In this document: positions 1 through 9,906 of the stretch, piece by piece
Numbering within the stretch: position 1 is the first letter of the stretch
Layout: every line of letters begins with the position of its first letter
Sequence record: MT701590.1
Direction: 5' to 3' (one strand)
Origin: Klebsiella phage Miami
DNA: 64,000 bases
Notes under the pieces: generated by a model
The model's database searches: none
Told to the model about the DNA's origin: nothing
Seen by the model: only the letters and a program-made list of their open reading frames with translations
Program-made: the position numbers and the translations under genes

Positions 1-2
1 TC

Positions 3-122
3 TGGGATGCGCAGTTAGCCACAGTCACTGCGTTAAGGGCTGGTGTCAGCACTGCTATCTCTTTGGCGAGCACCGATACGTTAATTATCGGTAGTCGTGC
101 AGGTGGTGCGGATATTCCCTGA
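3..122 (+). CDS. 3' end of an upstream gene, truncated by the window edge
   Basis: Frame 3 is open from the window start to TGA at 120-122 and ends in a Gly/Ala-rich ...IIGSRAGGADIP; a GNRA-loop hairpin (ggggaag-gaaa-cttcccc, 131-148) follows. Confidence 0.3.
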   Translation, partial: WDAQLATVTALRAGVSTAISLASTDTLIIGSRAGGADIP

Positions 123-164
123 TGCGTTTTAGGGGAAGGAAACTTCCCCATTGGGAGAATTTTT

Positions 165-422
165 ATGGGCGTTAACACTTCGTCAATTAAAAATTCTAAT
201 AATAGACAACATAATAATTACAGCGATTCATCCTCCGCTCCGATTCAGTTGGATCGTTCGGGGGAAATTGTCGACGCCAGAACTAAGCTAACAGTTACTG
301 GTGAAATTCCTCTTCGAAAGTTACCCACTTTCTCAAACCCACCGCAAAGAACAATAAGAGACGATAAAAAACCTTCATCACTCTGGGGGATGGTTAGAGC
401 TCTGTTCTTTGTATTCATGTGA
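165..422 (+). CDS. hypothetical protein (85 aa)
   Basis: ORF with an upstream gggaga Shine-Dalgarno (SD) sequence, followed by a terminator hairpin; composition not distinctive. Confidence 0.3.
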   Translation: MGVNTSSIKNSNNRQHNNYSDSSSAPIQLDRSGEIVDARTKLTVTGEIPLRKLPTFSNPPQRTIRDDKKPSSLWGMVRALFFVFM

Positions 423-426
423 TACT

Positions 427-454
427 ATTCCTCTACCCACGTGGGTAGAGGAAT
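427..454 (+). terminator. rho-independent terminator of the CTCCTAC..GTAGGAG stem family
   Basis: attcctctaccc-acgt-gggtagaggaat followed by a T-rich tract. Confidence 0.5.
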
Positions 455-490
455 AATAATACTTTTTTATTTTTTAAGGTTATCTCACTC

Positions 491-1078
491 ATGGCTAAAA
501 TTTATTTCTACTTCTCTTCGATGAATTCCGGGAAGACTACCGGTTTGTTACAATCAGCCTACAACTACACTGAAAGAGGGATGTCCGTCTTACTTCTTAA
601 GCCTAAACTTGATAATAGAGAAGGAGAAGACGCGATAATTAAATCAAGGATAGGATTAGAAAGCGAATGTGTTTTCATTCCTGATAACGACGATGAATTA
701 GTCGATCTTATTCATAATAACAAAGGTGTTTCGGCTATATTTATCGACGAGGTTCAATTCGTCTCCCCGCATACACTGGCCGGACTAATGACCTTGTGCG
801 ATAATTACGACATTCCTCTTCTCTGCTATGGTCTCCGGAACGCCTATGACGGAAAAGGGTTCCCGGGCTCTGATTTCTTATTGCGTCACGCTGATAAACT
901 GGTTGAATGCAAATCGATTTGTTGGTGTGGTAAAAAGGCGACCCACAACATGATGGTTGTCGATGGGAAGGTGGTAAGGGAAACCACGTCAGGGGGAAAT
1001 ATGGTTGTCGGCGGTAATGAACTGTATCACGCCGTTTGCAGGTATCATTTCTTCGAAGGCAAATACAAAGAAGATTAA
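491..1078 (+). CDS. tdk: thymidine kinase
   Basis: N-terminal P-loop FSSMNSGKTTGLLQ, DEVQF motif and a C-terminal Cys cluster (CWCG...CRYH), co-linear with E. coli Tdk. Confidence 0.9.
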   Translation: MAKIYFYFSSMNSGKTTGLLQSAYNYTERGMSVLLLKPKLDNREGEDAIIKSRIGLESECVFIPDNDDELVDLIHNNKGVSAIFIDEVQFVSPHTLAGLMTLCDNYDIPLLCYGLRNAYDGKGFPGSDFLLRHADKLVECKSICWCGKKATHNMMVVDGKVVRETTSGGNMVVGGNELYHAVCRYHFFEGKYKED

Positions 1079-1156
1079 CTTATATTTATTTTGAGATCTA
1101 CATTATCATGGTGTAAGCATAGTACGTTTTTATTTTCCTTTTTAGGAGCTAACATC

Positions 1157-1651
1157 ATGATGAGTCAACTTGTAAATATTCTGAGTGAGCACAGATCAGC
1201 GTTTATTTGGCCTTCCAACATCCTGCAGTTAGAAGATGAATACTTCTATCTCTCGGTCAAGATTACGGAGAGTGGTGTGGTCAAATGTATCTTCCGGAAC
1301 AAACTCACCAAAGACGTCCGTAAGTTCGACTTCTCTGACATCATTTTTGATAAAGAGGGGTTATGGGATTACTTCAATGCGATCGGCAAAGAAGTCTACG
1401 CCATTGGGATTGACTACGGTAAAGGGTTCCAGCTGAAGATGTTGTTTGAGCCGATTAAGGCGATGATCACCGATAAGGCGCATAAGCCTTATAATGGGCA
1501 TCTTCCAAGAGACGTAAGAGCACCACTGTTTTCCCCGGTTAACGCCCGCAGTATTTATCTCGACGAAAACGGCGAAGTCACACTCGATGGCTTCGAATGG
1601 GCTTCTCGTGGATTGCAATTAAAAATCATCGAAGAGCTCTTAATTAGCTAA
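1157..1651 (+). CDS. hypothetical protein
   Basis: ORF table lists 1091; start refined to ATG 1157, which follows an aggag SD (MMSQLVNIL...). Confidence 0.5.
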   Translation: MMSQLVNILSEHRSAFIWPSNILQLEDEYFYLSVKITESGVVKCIFRNKLTKDVRKFDFSDIIFDKEGLWDYFNAIGKEVYAIGIDYGKGFQLKMLFEPIKAMITDKAHKPYNGHLPRDVRAPLFSPVNARSIYLDENGEVTLDGFEWASRGLQLKIIEELLIS

Positions 1652-1694
1652 TTAATGTTATGCTAATTAGCTCATCACTGTAAAGAGGATTAAG

Positions 1695-2171
1695 ATGAAA
1701 AACCTGCTCGATTTAGTGCTCAAATTTTTCATTGGGCTTAACCCAGGCCTGGCCGTACTGATGGAAGGTGGTTCGATCGTCAATGTGGTTGAAAAACCAG
1801 AAATCGATCGTTACGCCGGTGATATCATGCGTCCGGACGGCACAACCAAGCTTCTGTCGGTAACCTGGAAACCGGGTACATTTAAAGGCGTGTTCGGCCT
1901 CGATCCAGCCTTTGCTCCCGTCACGCAGGATGAAGCAGGCACAACCGAAGGTATCTTCCTGAAGACCGACGGCACGCCTTACTTTGCGTTGACGGCTGAA
2001 AATGCTACCGAAGCCAAAATCGAAGAAATCCTCGGATATGCTTTCGAAGAAGGCACGGTCGCAGTAGACACCGAAACCAAAAAGGTCAGCTTCGCAACGT
2101 CTACTATCGTTGCTGAAGTCGATCTGGTCGTTATCGAAGCGGCTCCGGTGGCCGACGGCCAACTGCCGTAA
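1695..2171 (+). CDS. hypothetical protein (158 aa)
   Basis: SD aagagga upstream; terminator hairpin 9 nt after the stop. Preferred over the overlapping minus ORF 1713..2261. Confidence 0.5.
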   Translation: MKNLLDLVLKFFIGLNPGLAVLMEGGSIVNVVEKPEIDRYAGDIMRPDGTTKLLSVTWKPGTFKGVFGLDPAFAPVTQDEAGTTEGIFLKTDGTPYFALTAENATEAKIEEILGYAFEEGTVAVDTETKKVSFATSTIVAEVDLVVIEAAPVADGQLP

Positions 2172-2179
2172 TAAGTAAC

Positions 2180-2213
2180 CTACTCCTACGCCCTTAACGG
2201 GGCGTAGGAGTAG
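2180..2213 (+). terminator. terminator hairpin (CTCCTAC family)
   Basis: ctactcctacgccc-ttaac-ggggcgtaggagtag; the T tract is weak. Confidence 0.4.
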
Positions 2214-2276
2214 TTCGTTAATTATAACTGACTTTTTTAATATATAACCACCAACGTTCATTTAGGACATAACACC

Positions 2277-2483
2277 ATGTTGTATGACGCAATTGAAGTT
2301 TGTTTTATCGTAATTTCCATTCTTTCCTTTATCTGGGTAATGAAGAAGAAAGGAACCGGGGCGATGTTAATTATTGCGTTTTCTATTGTTGTCGTGGCAG
2401 GATGTCGTTATCAAGATAACGCCGATACCGAACAAGCTTTAGAACATCCAAAATATACCAAATCTAACTGCGGCTGCTTATAA
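2277..2483 (+). CDS. small membrane protein, possible lipoprotein
   Basis: Hydrophobic N-terminus; an internal MKKKGTGAMLIIAFSIVVVAG|C reads as a lipoprotein signal peptide with lipobox VAGC. Confidence 0.4.
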   Translation: MLYDAIEVCFIVISILSFIWVMKKKGTGAMLIIAFSIVVVAGCRYQDNADTEQALEHPKYTKSNCGCL

Positions 2484-2495
2484 GAGGAACTGATT

Positions 2496-2789
2496 ATGTT
2501 TTATGATTTAGTCAAGGTTTGCAAGGAACTCGTATTCTCCCACACTTTCAACGAAAGCAATCCTGACAAGGGTTACTTCGATACCTGGAAGTGGCGTAAG
2601 TTACTCATTAACGTGGTAAGCGTAACGTATCACACCCCTAAGCTTGCCGCGCTCAGTCCGCTCTTAAAGGCCATTTCCAGTAAAGTAGACGGACTGACGA
2701 TTTCCCCGCAAACTGACAGCCAAGGACGGGTCACGCGAATCACTGTGACACACAATAATAAATCGGTAGGTTTCAGATTCAAACGTTAA
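2496..2789 (+). CDS. hypothetical protein
   Basis: ORF with an upstream aggaac SD, tightly packed in a same-strand array. Confidence 0.45.
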   Translation: MFYDLVKVCKELVFSHTFNESNPDKGYFDTWKWRKLLINVVSVTYHTPKLAALSPLLKAISSKVDGLTISPQTDSQGRVTRITVTHNNKSVGFRFKR

Positions 2790-2802
2790 AGGAATAAAGA
2801 CC

Positions 2803-3375
2803 ATGGGATACATCGAGCTTAAACACGGAACTGATAAAGACTACGTTCCCTATCGCACCAACGACATCTACGAGTTAGATGAAGATATCACCGTCTTAAC
2901 CGACGACACTCGGGTTATTGACGAAAATAAAGAAACCTACTTTTTTGTGCCAGGGGTGGACGCAGAAAACATCAAGGTTAAGGTCGGTGACGTGAACCAG
3001 TTTTTACTATTCTGGTCTGTAAAGGAAGGTGTCGAGGTCAGACTCGTTTCGTTTGGAACTGGGAGAAAAACCACAAAGGTGGTTGGTTTCCTCATGACTG
3101 AATTCCATCACCATTCCATTTACGCCTGCGTGTTCTCGGCTCTGTTACATCGAGAATCGAAAATGAATCTCCGTAGCAATAAGTTAGCGACGGGGATCAT
3201 GTGTAAATTACTTCATCGTTGTCTCAAAAGTTTTAAGCTCCAGCATCCTTCGCTTGGACGGATCTGTCTCGATATCGTATCTGATAATGGCGTTATCAAG
3301 TACGTTAACCAACACGGTAATTTCAGTGGATTGTATTATCGATTCAATCCAGGGTTTAAACCAGAATTACGCTAG
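2803..3375 (+). CDS. hypothetical protein
   Basis: ORF with an aggaataaagacc SD context; 13-nt gap to the previous gene. Confidence 0.5.
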   Translation: MGYIELKHGTDKDYVPYRTNDIYELDEDITVLTDDTRVIDENKETYFFVPGVDAENIKVKVGDVNQFLLFWSVKEGVEVRLVSFGTGRKTTKVVGFLMTEFHHHSIYACVFSALLHRESKMNLRSNKLATGIMCKLLHRCLKSFKLQHPSLGRICLDIVSDNGVIKYVNQHGNFSGLYYRFNPGFKPELR

Positions 3376-3383
3376 GAAAAAAC

Positions 3384-3926
3384 ATGTCGGAAATCATCAG
3401 TTACAATAAAGCGCAGCTGGTTAATGGGTTCGAACTCGTTTGCCATCATCGCACCATTCACCTGTTCGAAGATGTTTTCGAAAAGGGCAGGTACAATAAA
3501 GAGTTCGTTGCTAAATTTGACGAACTGGAAGTATTTTTGGATGTTCGTTACGCGATCATCTTAGGGAGAAAAGATAAAGACCTCACACTGCATCTAATTC
3601 GCAGTAATGCGGCTCGTGAGATCGTCAGCTGGGATTATCATTACAAATCTAACGATAACAACCCCGACAATTGGAAGATGGAAGCCATCGGACAGTTTAT
3701 CATCAGTGATATGGAGCAGGGATATTTCTCCCTCTCCCCTGGCTATCGAAGCGACATTAATGATCTTCTGACTTACATTGGCGGTCAAGAGAAAGAGGTC
3801 AATATTCGCAATACCGAAATCAGCGTCAGCGAAGGTAAATTTAACTTCGTCGGTCGGAACGGCCAGCTCGGCCCGGGTTTGTTGTCAGAGACTAAACCAG
3901 TTAACCTCATACAGCTATGGGCGTAA
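3384..3926 (+). CDS. hypothetical protein
   Basis: ORF with an aggaaaaaac SD context; ends at the bidirectional terminator. Confidence 0.5.
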   Translation: MSEIISYNKAQLVNGFELVCHHRTIHLFEDVFEKGRYNKEFVAKFDELEVFLDVRYAIILGRKDKDLTLHLIRSNAAREIVSWDYHYKSNDNNPDNWKMEAIGQFIISDMEQGYFSLSPGYRSDINDLLTYIGGQEKEVNIRNTEISVSEGKFNFVGRNGQLGPGLLSETKPVNLIQLWA

Positions 3927-3927
3927 T

Positions 3928-3963
3928 AATACTCCTACTCCCGTATCGGGAGTAGGAGTATTA
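3928..3963. terminator. bidirectional terminator (CTCCTAC family) between convergent genes
   Basis: aatactcctactcccg-tat-cgggagtaggagtatt followed by agctttttgtttttt. Confidence 0.6.
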
Positions 3964-3975
3964 GCTTTTTGTTTT

Positions 3976-6030
3976 TTAGAAAAGGTCTAAAACCGAAGAT
4001 GCAGATTTAGGAAGCGGCAAGGTAGGTAATTCGAGATCCATTAACTCCAATGCCTCTTCTCCACCGATAGCCCTCAATGAAGGATTATTCAGTGTACTCT
4101 GAGATAACAGCTCTTCAACGTTGTCCCTCGACCACTGTAGAATATCGATGGACCGGGTCATGATATTGATTTCTTTACCGGTGTCCAACTCGATCATCCA
4201 GAAGAAGCAAGGTTTATCCTGACCTTGTCTGAAGATACGCGCCTTGGTCTGTTTCAGCTCGTAATCCCTCCAAGGAGCATCCATGAGAATCTCCTGGTTA
4301 GCCACGACCATGTGCGCGGATTCTCTCAAGGATCTGAAGGTGGTAACCGCTGGGTTCAAATCAGGTTCCGTATCAAACCGTTTGATCAGGATGTCTTTAG
4401 ACTGATCGGCATCACCGTAAATCAATAGCGGTTTAAACCCTTCCTTGTTAAGCACACTATAGACTTCATTCAGCACATCCACATAAGACGTAAAGATCAG
4501 TGTTTTCTTCTCTACGTTGTTTATCATGGATGGAAGTCCTGCATGCGCAACAACGGCCCTTACGGCTTCTATACGGGCCTTACCCAACACATTACCTAAA
4601 GCCTCCCCTCTTATCTTCAAGCCAACGTACTTAACGGCCGATTTGATATTGCGGAACTGTTTCAGCTGTTCTCCACGTAATCTAGCTTCAATGTCGATTT
4701 CGACGTTCTTAGCGTACTGGGAATCAGCTGAGTCAGTAAAGTTGTTATAACCGTGAGTTCTGAACCGATTCACGATCTGTTTGTATTTAACCAGTTCGCC
4801 CAACTTACCGTTGTCATCTTTAACGTAGCTTTCGTAATCGTCTAAAACGTGATTAAAGAAAGCCAAAAACATCGGCATGTTTTGTTCGTAGAACTTGACT
4901 CGGTTCTGTATGTAAGAAAGCATTTCGAGTCTAATGGCTTTCAACGTGAATCGTTCGCCATTAGGAACGGTAACCGGAACCATTTCTACCGGTGGCTCCT
5001 CACCCATATCAAAGAGAGAATCAATGACGTAACGTGTTCTACCCAACCGATGGGCCAGAAGGGTGTTAAGTTTATCCCTGGATAGCCCGTAAGACTTCAT
5101 GAAACGCTCTCTGGCGTTACCTTTAAAGAAAGGATCTATCAGTGCAAAGATCGAATATGCTTCCCTTGCCATGGCTTTTAGCGGTGTTCCTGACATAGGA
5201 AGAGCATCGTTAAACGGATAGTGATCAGCAGCTTTAATGATATTCTGAGTTTGTTTAGAACTCAGCTCGTTAAAGTTGTGGGATTCGTCTACAACGAGAG
5301 AAACTCCGCCTTTACCAGCCGCTTCGAAAACTTGGTCAAGGATCTTAAAGAAATCAGGGTTTCTTGTATAATCAATGTGAATAAGGAAGTATTCGCAAGA
5401 AGGATCAAACGGTTTATTTTGACGGGTACTCCAATACTTAGGAGGATCAACAAAAACCTTCTCTTCCATATGCAGCTTCCAGACGGTATTGATGCCTGCG
5501 TCTGGGCAAATGATAATGTGTTTTTTATTTCCCGTCAGTCGGGTCCACATAAGGCTAGTGAAAGTCTTTCCGCTTCCGGCCTTGGCATCCAGCAAAAGTC
5601 CTTTAAGATGGTGCGACTTTTTAACCATTTTGTAAGTGGATAAAAAACCCCATTGAGTGTCATAAGGTTTTATTTTAAACTGTTTTAAAAAAGAAGCTTT
5701 GTCTATCGGATAAGCTGTAGGGGTAACAGTATCCTTTATCCAGGTATCCGTTCTGAGTTTTATTTGGAGTTCGTTAAGGTTCTTACGACTACTCCAAGTA
5801 TTTCTCGACTGGAGGATCTTTGTTATTAGATGATCCAACTCCAATAAGAAAAAGTTATCCGTAACGAACTTATTGGACCCAACACGTCTGAACATATAAC
5901 GACCTGGCGTGCTTGTGCCATACGCGGTCTGTATGTCGTCATTAAAGTTACGGAAGTTAACATGATTGATTTCCGTAATAGTCGGTCCTTGTTTAACATC
6001 AGGCCCAAAGATATAGTTTAACATCACCAA
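3976..6030 (-). CDS. SF2 (DExH/SNF2-like) helicase
   Basis: Motif I DAKAGSGKTFTS, motif II VVDESHN, motif III SGTP and motif VI RIFRQGQDKP. Confidence 0.8.
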   Translation of the reverse strand: MVMLNYIFGPDVKQGPTITEINHVNFRNFNDDIQTAYGTSTPGRYMFRRVGSNKFVTDNFFLLELDHLITKILQSRNTWSSRKNLNELQIKLRTDTWIKDTVTPTAYPIDKASFLKQFKIKPYDTQWGFLSTYKMVKKSHHLKGLLLDAKAGSGKTFTSLMWTRLTGNKKHIIICPDAGINTVWKLHMEEKVFVDPPKYWSTRQNKPFDPSCEYFLIHIDYTRNPDFFKILDQVFEAAGKGGVSLVVDESHNFNELSSKQTQNIIKAADHYPFNDALPMSGTPLKAMAREAYSIFALIDPFFKGNARERFMKSYGLSRDKLNTLLAHRLGRTRYVIDSLFDMGEEPPVEMVPVTVPNGERFTLKAIRLEMLSYIQNRVKFYEQNMPMFLAFFNHVLDDYESYVKDDNGKLGELVKYKQIVNRFRTHGYNNFTDSADSQYAKNVEIDIEARLRGEQLKQFRNIKSAVKYVGLKIRGEALGNVLGKARIEAVRAVVAHAGLPSMINNVEKKTLIFTSYVDVLNEVYSVLNKEGFKPLLIYGDADQSKDILIKRFDTEPDLNPAVTTFRSLRESAHMVVANQEILMDAPWRDYELKQTKARIFRQGQDKPCFFWMIELDTGKEINIMTRSIDILQWSRDNVEELLSQSTLNNPSLRAIGGEEALELMDLELPTLPLPKSASSVLDLF

Positions 6031-6054
6031 TCACCCGTTATTAGGAGTAGTAAA

Positions 6055-7332
6055 ATGAATTCTGTCGACATCAACACCTATAAGAAGTTCTTCTCTGCTG
6101 TTGCCGCTGAACTGTTCAGTAATCTGGAAGATCTCAAAATCGTTTCCCATCGTCACGCGCTGTTAAATATTCTGTTTATCGACGGGATCAAAATCAGTAC
6201 GGGTGAACGTCGCCGCTATGCCTTCCACGAAAAGCATCTGAAGGCGGTCAAAGAACGCATTAACCTGGGCGACTTCTCTTTCCTCGATGAGCAGGTTCGG
6301 GATAAAGATTTCCAGCCGCGACAGTATAAAGGCGTCGAAATCGATCACGCTTACGGCTATGTGGTCAGCGCGGTCCCGGTCTTCACTTCCATGGAACAGC
6401 GCGGCACCGGCGATAAGGAATTCGACAACATGACCACCGGCCAACTGGCACGCGTCGATCAGTGGTTCACCGACTACTCTAAGAAAGAAACCGACCAGCT
6501 GAAAACCATCGCTGACTTGACCGAAGCCTGGGGTAAATTCACCACGACGGTCAAGGATCACGATCTCTACTTCGGATTCGACATCGAAGATCATAAAATC
6601 AGTCTGACGCTGGATAAAGCGCCTCCTATCGCTGATGAGATCAAGATCCTTCGTCAGCCGGTTACCCTGGAGCAACTCGCTGAGTTCTCTGAAGATGACC
6701 AGAAACACATTGCTGGTGTTCAGGCTGCCATCGACAAGATGAACGAACTCACTTCAGGGTTCTTCGGCATCGAGCTGGGTAACAAATACCTCACCCAATT
6801 CCGTGAGCGTATTTGGGAGCAGAACTTCTCCATGCCGCTTCAGTACCAGACCAACATCGTCTATGAGTTCACCGATAACACGCCTGAAACTCGTGCCCTC
6901 GTAGAGGAACAAGTCGAAAAGGTTATCAGTCTGCTGAAAGATAAAGAAGCCGAGCTGGGTAATCGCGTCTACCTCGACACTAACTCGCTGGCGACCTTCG
7001 TTATTAACGAAGAAGGCGCTAACGAATACTACGATTACCCAGTGGTCCGTGAGATGTGGTCGAAGTTCGTTCGTTCGTTCGGTAAAGCGATCCTCAACCT
7101 GATGAACCAGACCGAATCGGTTTACTTCAAACCCTACATCTCTAAGGTAACCAAAGTGGAAACCGAAGAAACTGTAGCGGCGCCGGCTCGTGGCGAAACG
7201 CCGCATCTGGTTGCAGTGGATGAACCGGCTTTTGTAGACGGTGATGCAGAAGTGGTAGTTGAGGACGATTCTGCCCAGGATGAAACCTATGCGCTCGAAG
7301 GCAACGCTCAGGCTCCTAGCCAAACCGTTTAA
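6055..7332 (+). CDS. hypothetical protein with a strongly acidic C-terminus
   Basis: 425-aa ORF with an aggagtag SD; the C-terminal 60 aa are rich in D/E. Confidence 0.55.
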   Translation: MNSVDINTYKKFFSAVAAELFSNLEDLKIVSHRHALLNILFIDGIKISTGERRRYAFHEKHLKAVKERINLGDFSFLDEQVRDKDFQPRQYKGVEIDHAYGYVVSAVPVFTSMEQRGTGDKEFDNMTTGQLARVDQWFTDYSKKETDQLKTIADLTEAWGKFTTTVKDHDLYFGFDIEDHKISLTLDKAPPIADEIKILRQPVTLEQLAEFSEDDQKHIAGVQAAIDKMNELTSGFFGIELGNKYLTQFRERIWEQNFSMPLQYQTNIVYEFTDNTPETRALVEEQVEKVISLLKDKEAELGNRVYLDTNSLATFVINEEGANEYYDYPVVREMWSKFVRSFGKAILNLMNQTESVYFKPYISKVTKVETEETVAAPARGETPHLVAVDEPAFVDGDAEVVVEDDSAQDETYALEGNAQAPSQTV

Positions 7333-7350
7333 TCGATAACACAAAGAAAC

Positions 7351-7382
7351 TATTCCTCCTACCCTTACGGGTAGGAGGAATA
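7351..7382. terminator. bidirectional terminator (CTCCTAC family)
   Basis: tattcctcctaccc-ttac-gggtaggaggaata followed by a T-rich tract. Confidence 0.6.
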
Positions 7383-7398
7383 TATTTCTGTTATTTTT

Positions 7399-8058
7399 TT
7401 ACGGCGTTTGTTCATTCTTAGCGGCTATTAACGCAGCCTCTAATTCCTGAATGTACAATTGTTGTTTGGTTATGGTTTCGGCTTGCTTAGCAAGTTTGAT
7501 TTGATCCGTCTCAGCATTAGCGATGGCGTTAAGCCGAGTAGATTCAAATATTTCCGCATCTTCTTTCGAGACATAAGCCCTGGTAGGAATACTACCAATG
7601 TAGCTCTTCGCGTTGACAAGTCCGAAGTTAGTTTTCGCGTAATCTTGGAAGTGATCGATCAACGTGTTAATTTTATCCGCCATCTGAGGAGGGCACGCTC
7701 CCAGGTCGGTGTAAACAACAAATCTTTCAAAGATCACCCCGTCAATTAGGGGAAAGGATTTGATATAGGTGCTGGGAATATAAACCGGAGATCCGTTTTT
7801 AGAGGTCAGGGTGATGATCGCCCCGTTATTCTCTTCTACCAGATCTAAGATACTTTCATAAGCATCTTCTGATATCCCCACTGGTTCGAACATCAATCCC
7901 CAAACATCAATATTCCTGTTTCGGAACTGTGCCGCTGTACAGACGTCTTCCACTTTATAAAAGATGGACTCGTCGACCACTGTTGTAAAAGGTGTGATCG
8001 CGGTAAATTGTCCCGCGGCATAGAGTGAAGGAATGACGTTTTTATCAGTGTCTGCCAT
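7399..8058 (-). CDS. hypothetical protein
   Basis: 219-aa ORF forming an operon with 8069..9406. Confidence 0.5.
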   Translation of the reverse strand: MADTDKNVIPSLYAAGQFTAITPFTTVVDESIFYKVEDVCTAAQFRNRNIDVWGLMFEPVGISEDAYESILDLVEENNGAIITLTSKNGSPVYIPSTYIKSFPLIDGVIFERFVVYTDLGACPPQMADKINTLIDHFQDYAKTNFGLVNAKSYIGSIPTRAYVSKEDAEIFESTRLNAIANAETDQIKLAKQAETITKQQLYIQELEAALIAAKNEQTP

Positions 8059-8068
8059 GGACTAACCT

Positions 8069-9406
8069 CTATTCGGTAATAATCCCGTCTTTAATAAACT
8101 GGGCCTTGGTCACCATTTGGAATCGGGTGGATCCCACTTGAATGGTTGCGAAGAGAATATTGTCCTTGACCAGACGTTTGATCCCTGCCGGCACCAGACC
8201 GTCTTCAGTTAACACTTCTGCTCCGCTGATCAGTGTTTGCATGGCGGTGATGAAGTCGGTTGTGGCCGTAGACATCCATGCGAACTGGGAATCGGTAGAA
8301 GGGATGAGCTGATAATCAGGGTAGAGTTCTTTGATTTTAGTAACTCCGTTAAAGTTCGTCGGTTTACCGGCGAAACAGACTTTAGCGGATTTATAAAGGA
8401 AAGGAACAACCTGCGCTGATTTTATGATATTATCTGACGTAAAACCTATGAGGTATTTCGTCGGATTTGTTAAAAGTGTTTCGTAGCTGGCAATCGGAGA
8501 GTACAGCGAACTTCCATCTGTTTTATTCTCCAGGCCTAATTCATCCCAATAAGGGATCGCAACAAACTGCGTCGGGTTAAAAAGATCAGGGATGGCGTTC
8601 TCCCAATCCTCTTCACTTTCAGACGTTAATGCCAAAATGGCATTCGCTATCTCGGTGTAGATCTGATCTTCCTGATCGTCAGCGTTACCGTAAACCAACA
8701 CAGTGAAATAAACGGTGTTGTAATTCGCGGTGTTTACCAGATCATAGACTTTGAACGGATAGACGAAACGAGAACTGTATCGGTATTCGCCATCATTGGT
8801 TGCTGCTAAGACGCGTTGCTCGATCACGCTAGGGGTTTCTTGAGCAAGTCTGGTAGCAAGCTGCTGATAATTCAGTGTGACGAGTTTATCGATTTCGTCA
8901 TCTGGAAGCACCAGGATAGGGACGATTTCGCAATAAGGATATTCCGCTTCAAAGTAAGCATTAGCGAACCAGATTTTAAAATAAACGGTATCCCCGTTAG
9001 TCAGCGTCTGGGTACCCTCAATATGAGAAGGAAGATAAATGACACTATTCGTGACCATCGTTCCTACACCGCTGAATACTACCCCGGCGGTAAATTGTGC
9101 TTGCACTAACTGCAAGCATGCTGTACTATCGTTAGTTAATACTCCGGCCACCGCTTGCTGATAAAGCCACTGAGCGATGTCCAGCTGTTTGTTTTTTGTT
9201 TCGTCCGGCATGATTTCGGCAACATCATCCTTCACGCCATAAAAATTAATTAAGGTGGGGATGTGATCATCGCTGCGATAGAAACCCGGATCTTTCGAAT
9301 ACGCTCTCGTTTTGCTAGACAGCTCCCCTAACGGGGAAACCACTTTCTCGTGGTTATCACTTAGCGCCGCAATAGCACTAAATGAAAGGTATGAATATTT
9401 GCTCAT
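8069..9406 (-). CDS. hypothetical protein (445 aa), possibly structural
   Basis: Long ORF with coding-like composition; no recognisable motif. Confidence 0.55.
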   Translation of the reverse strand: MSKYSYLSFSAIAALSDNHEKVVSPLGELSSKTRAYSKDPGFYRSDDHIPTLINFYGVKDDVAEIMPDETKNKQLDIAQWLYQQAVAGVLTNDSTACLQLVQAQFTAGVVFSGVGTMVTNSVIYLPSHIEGTQTLTNGDTVYFKIWFANAYFEAEYPYCEIVPILVLPDDEIDKLVTLNYQQLATRLAQETPSVIEQRVLAATNDGEYRYSSRFVYPFKVYDLVNTANYNTVYFTVLVYGNADDQEDQIYTEIANAILALTSESEEDWENAIPDLFNPTQFVAIPYWDELGLENKTDGSSLYSPIASYETLLTNPTKYLIGFTSDNIIKSAQVVPFLYKSAKVCFAGKPTNFNGVTKIKELYPDYQLIPSTDSQFAWMSTATTDFITAMQTLISGAEVLTEDGLVPAGIKRLVKDNILFATIQVGSTRFQMVTKAQFIKDGIITE

Positions 9407-9426
9407 AATGTCGTCCGTTAAGGAAA

Positions 9427-9840
9427 GTGAAAATGTTTCCCATAGCCAAAGAACTGGTGGATAGGTTCATAGAATGGCTCCTCAGGCGCGCGTCTGGAGA
9501 GACTTTAGAAGAAAAACAGAACTCGGCTATTCGGTATATTTCCTACGTTGCCGGGGGATTATTGTGGGCGGTTTTGACCCTCGTCGTCATCGATATTAAT
9601 TTATCTTTACGTATACACGCAACTGAAGGCGCTGCGGCAGCGGTTAACAAAATGTTCTCTACGGATAGGAACCCTATAGATGAACTGATTAAAATCAACC
9701 GCACGTTAAGCGACAGGGTAGAATCGCTCAGGGAAGAAAATATTCTTTTAATCAAAGATAACTTGCGTCTATTGGATCAAACTAAAGTCATGGAAGATGT
9801 TGTAAAAACCTGCAAAAGACCGTCAACCAAAAAACAGTAA
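9427..9840 (+). CDS. membrane-anchored coiled-coil protein
   Basis: One transmembrane segment (LLWAVLTLVVIDI) followed by a heptad-rich region (LSDRVESLREENILLIKDNLRLLDQ). Confidence 0.45.
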   Translation: MKMFPIAKELVDRFIEWLLRRASGETLEEKQNSAIRYISYVAGGLLWAVLTLVVIDINLSLRIHATEGAAAAVNKMFSTDRNPIDELIKINRTLSDRVESLREENILLIKDNLRLLDQTKVMEDVVKTCKRPSTKKQ

Positions 9841-9848
9841 TATTTTTA

Positions 9849-9881
9849 TACTAGGGATCCCAAATATGGGATCCCTAGTAT
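9849..9881 (+). terminator. palindromic hairpin with a different stem, possible terminator
   Basis: tactagggatccc-aaat-atgggatccctagta; no T tract on the plus strand. Confidence 0.35.
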
Positions 9882-9906
9882 TACACAATGACAAAGGCCT
9901 TGAACT

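Noticed and set aside
1713-2261. 182-aa minus-strand ORF overlapping plus ORF 1695..2171
   Set aside because: The plus-strand ORF has a proper SD and is followed by the family terminator. The minus ORF runs through that terminator and has a Cys/His/Arg-rich composition typical of antisense frames.
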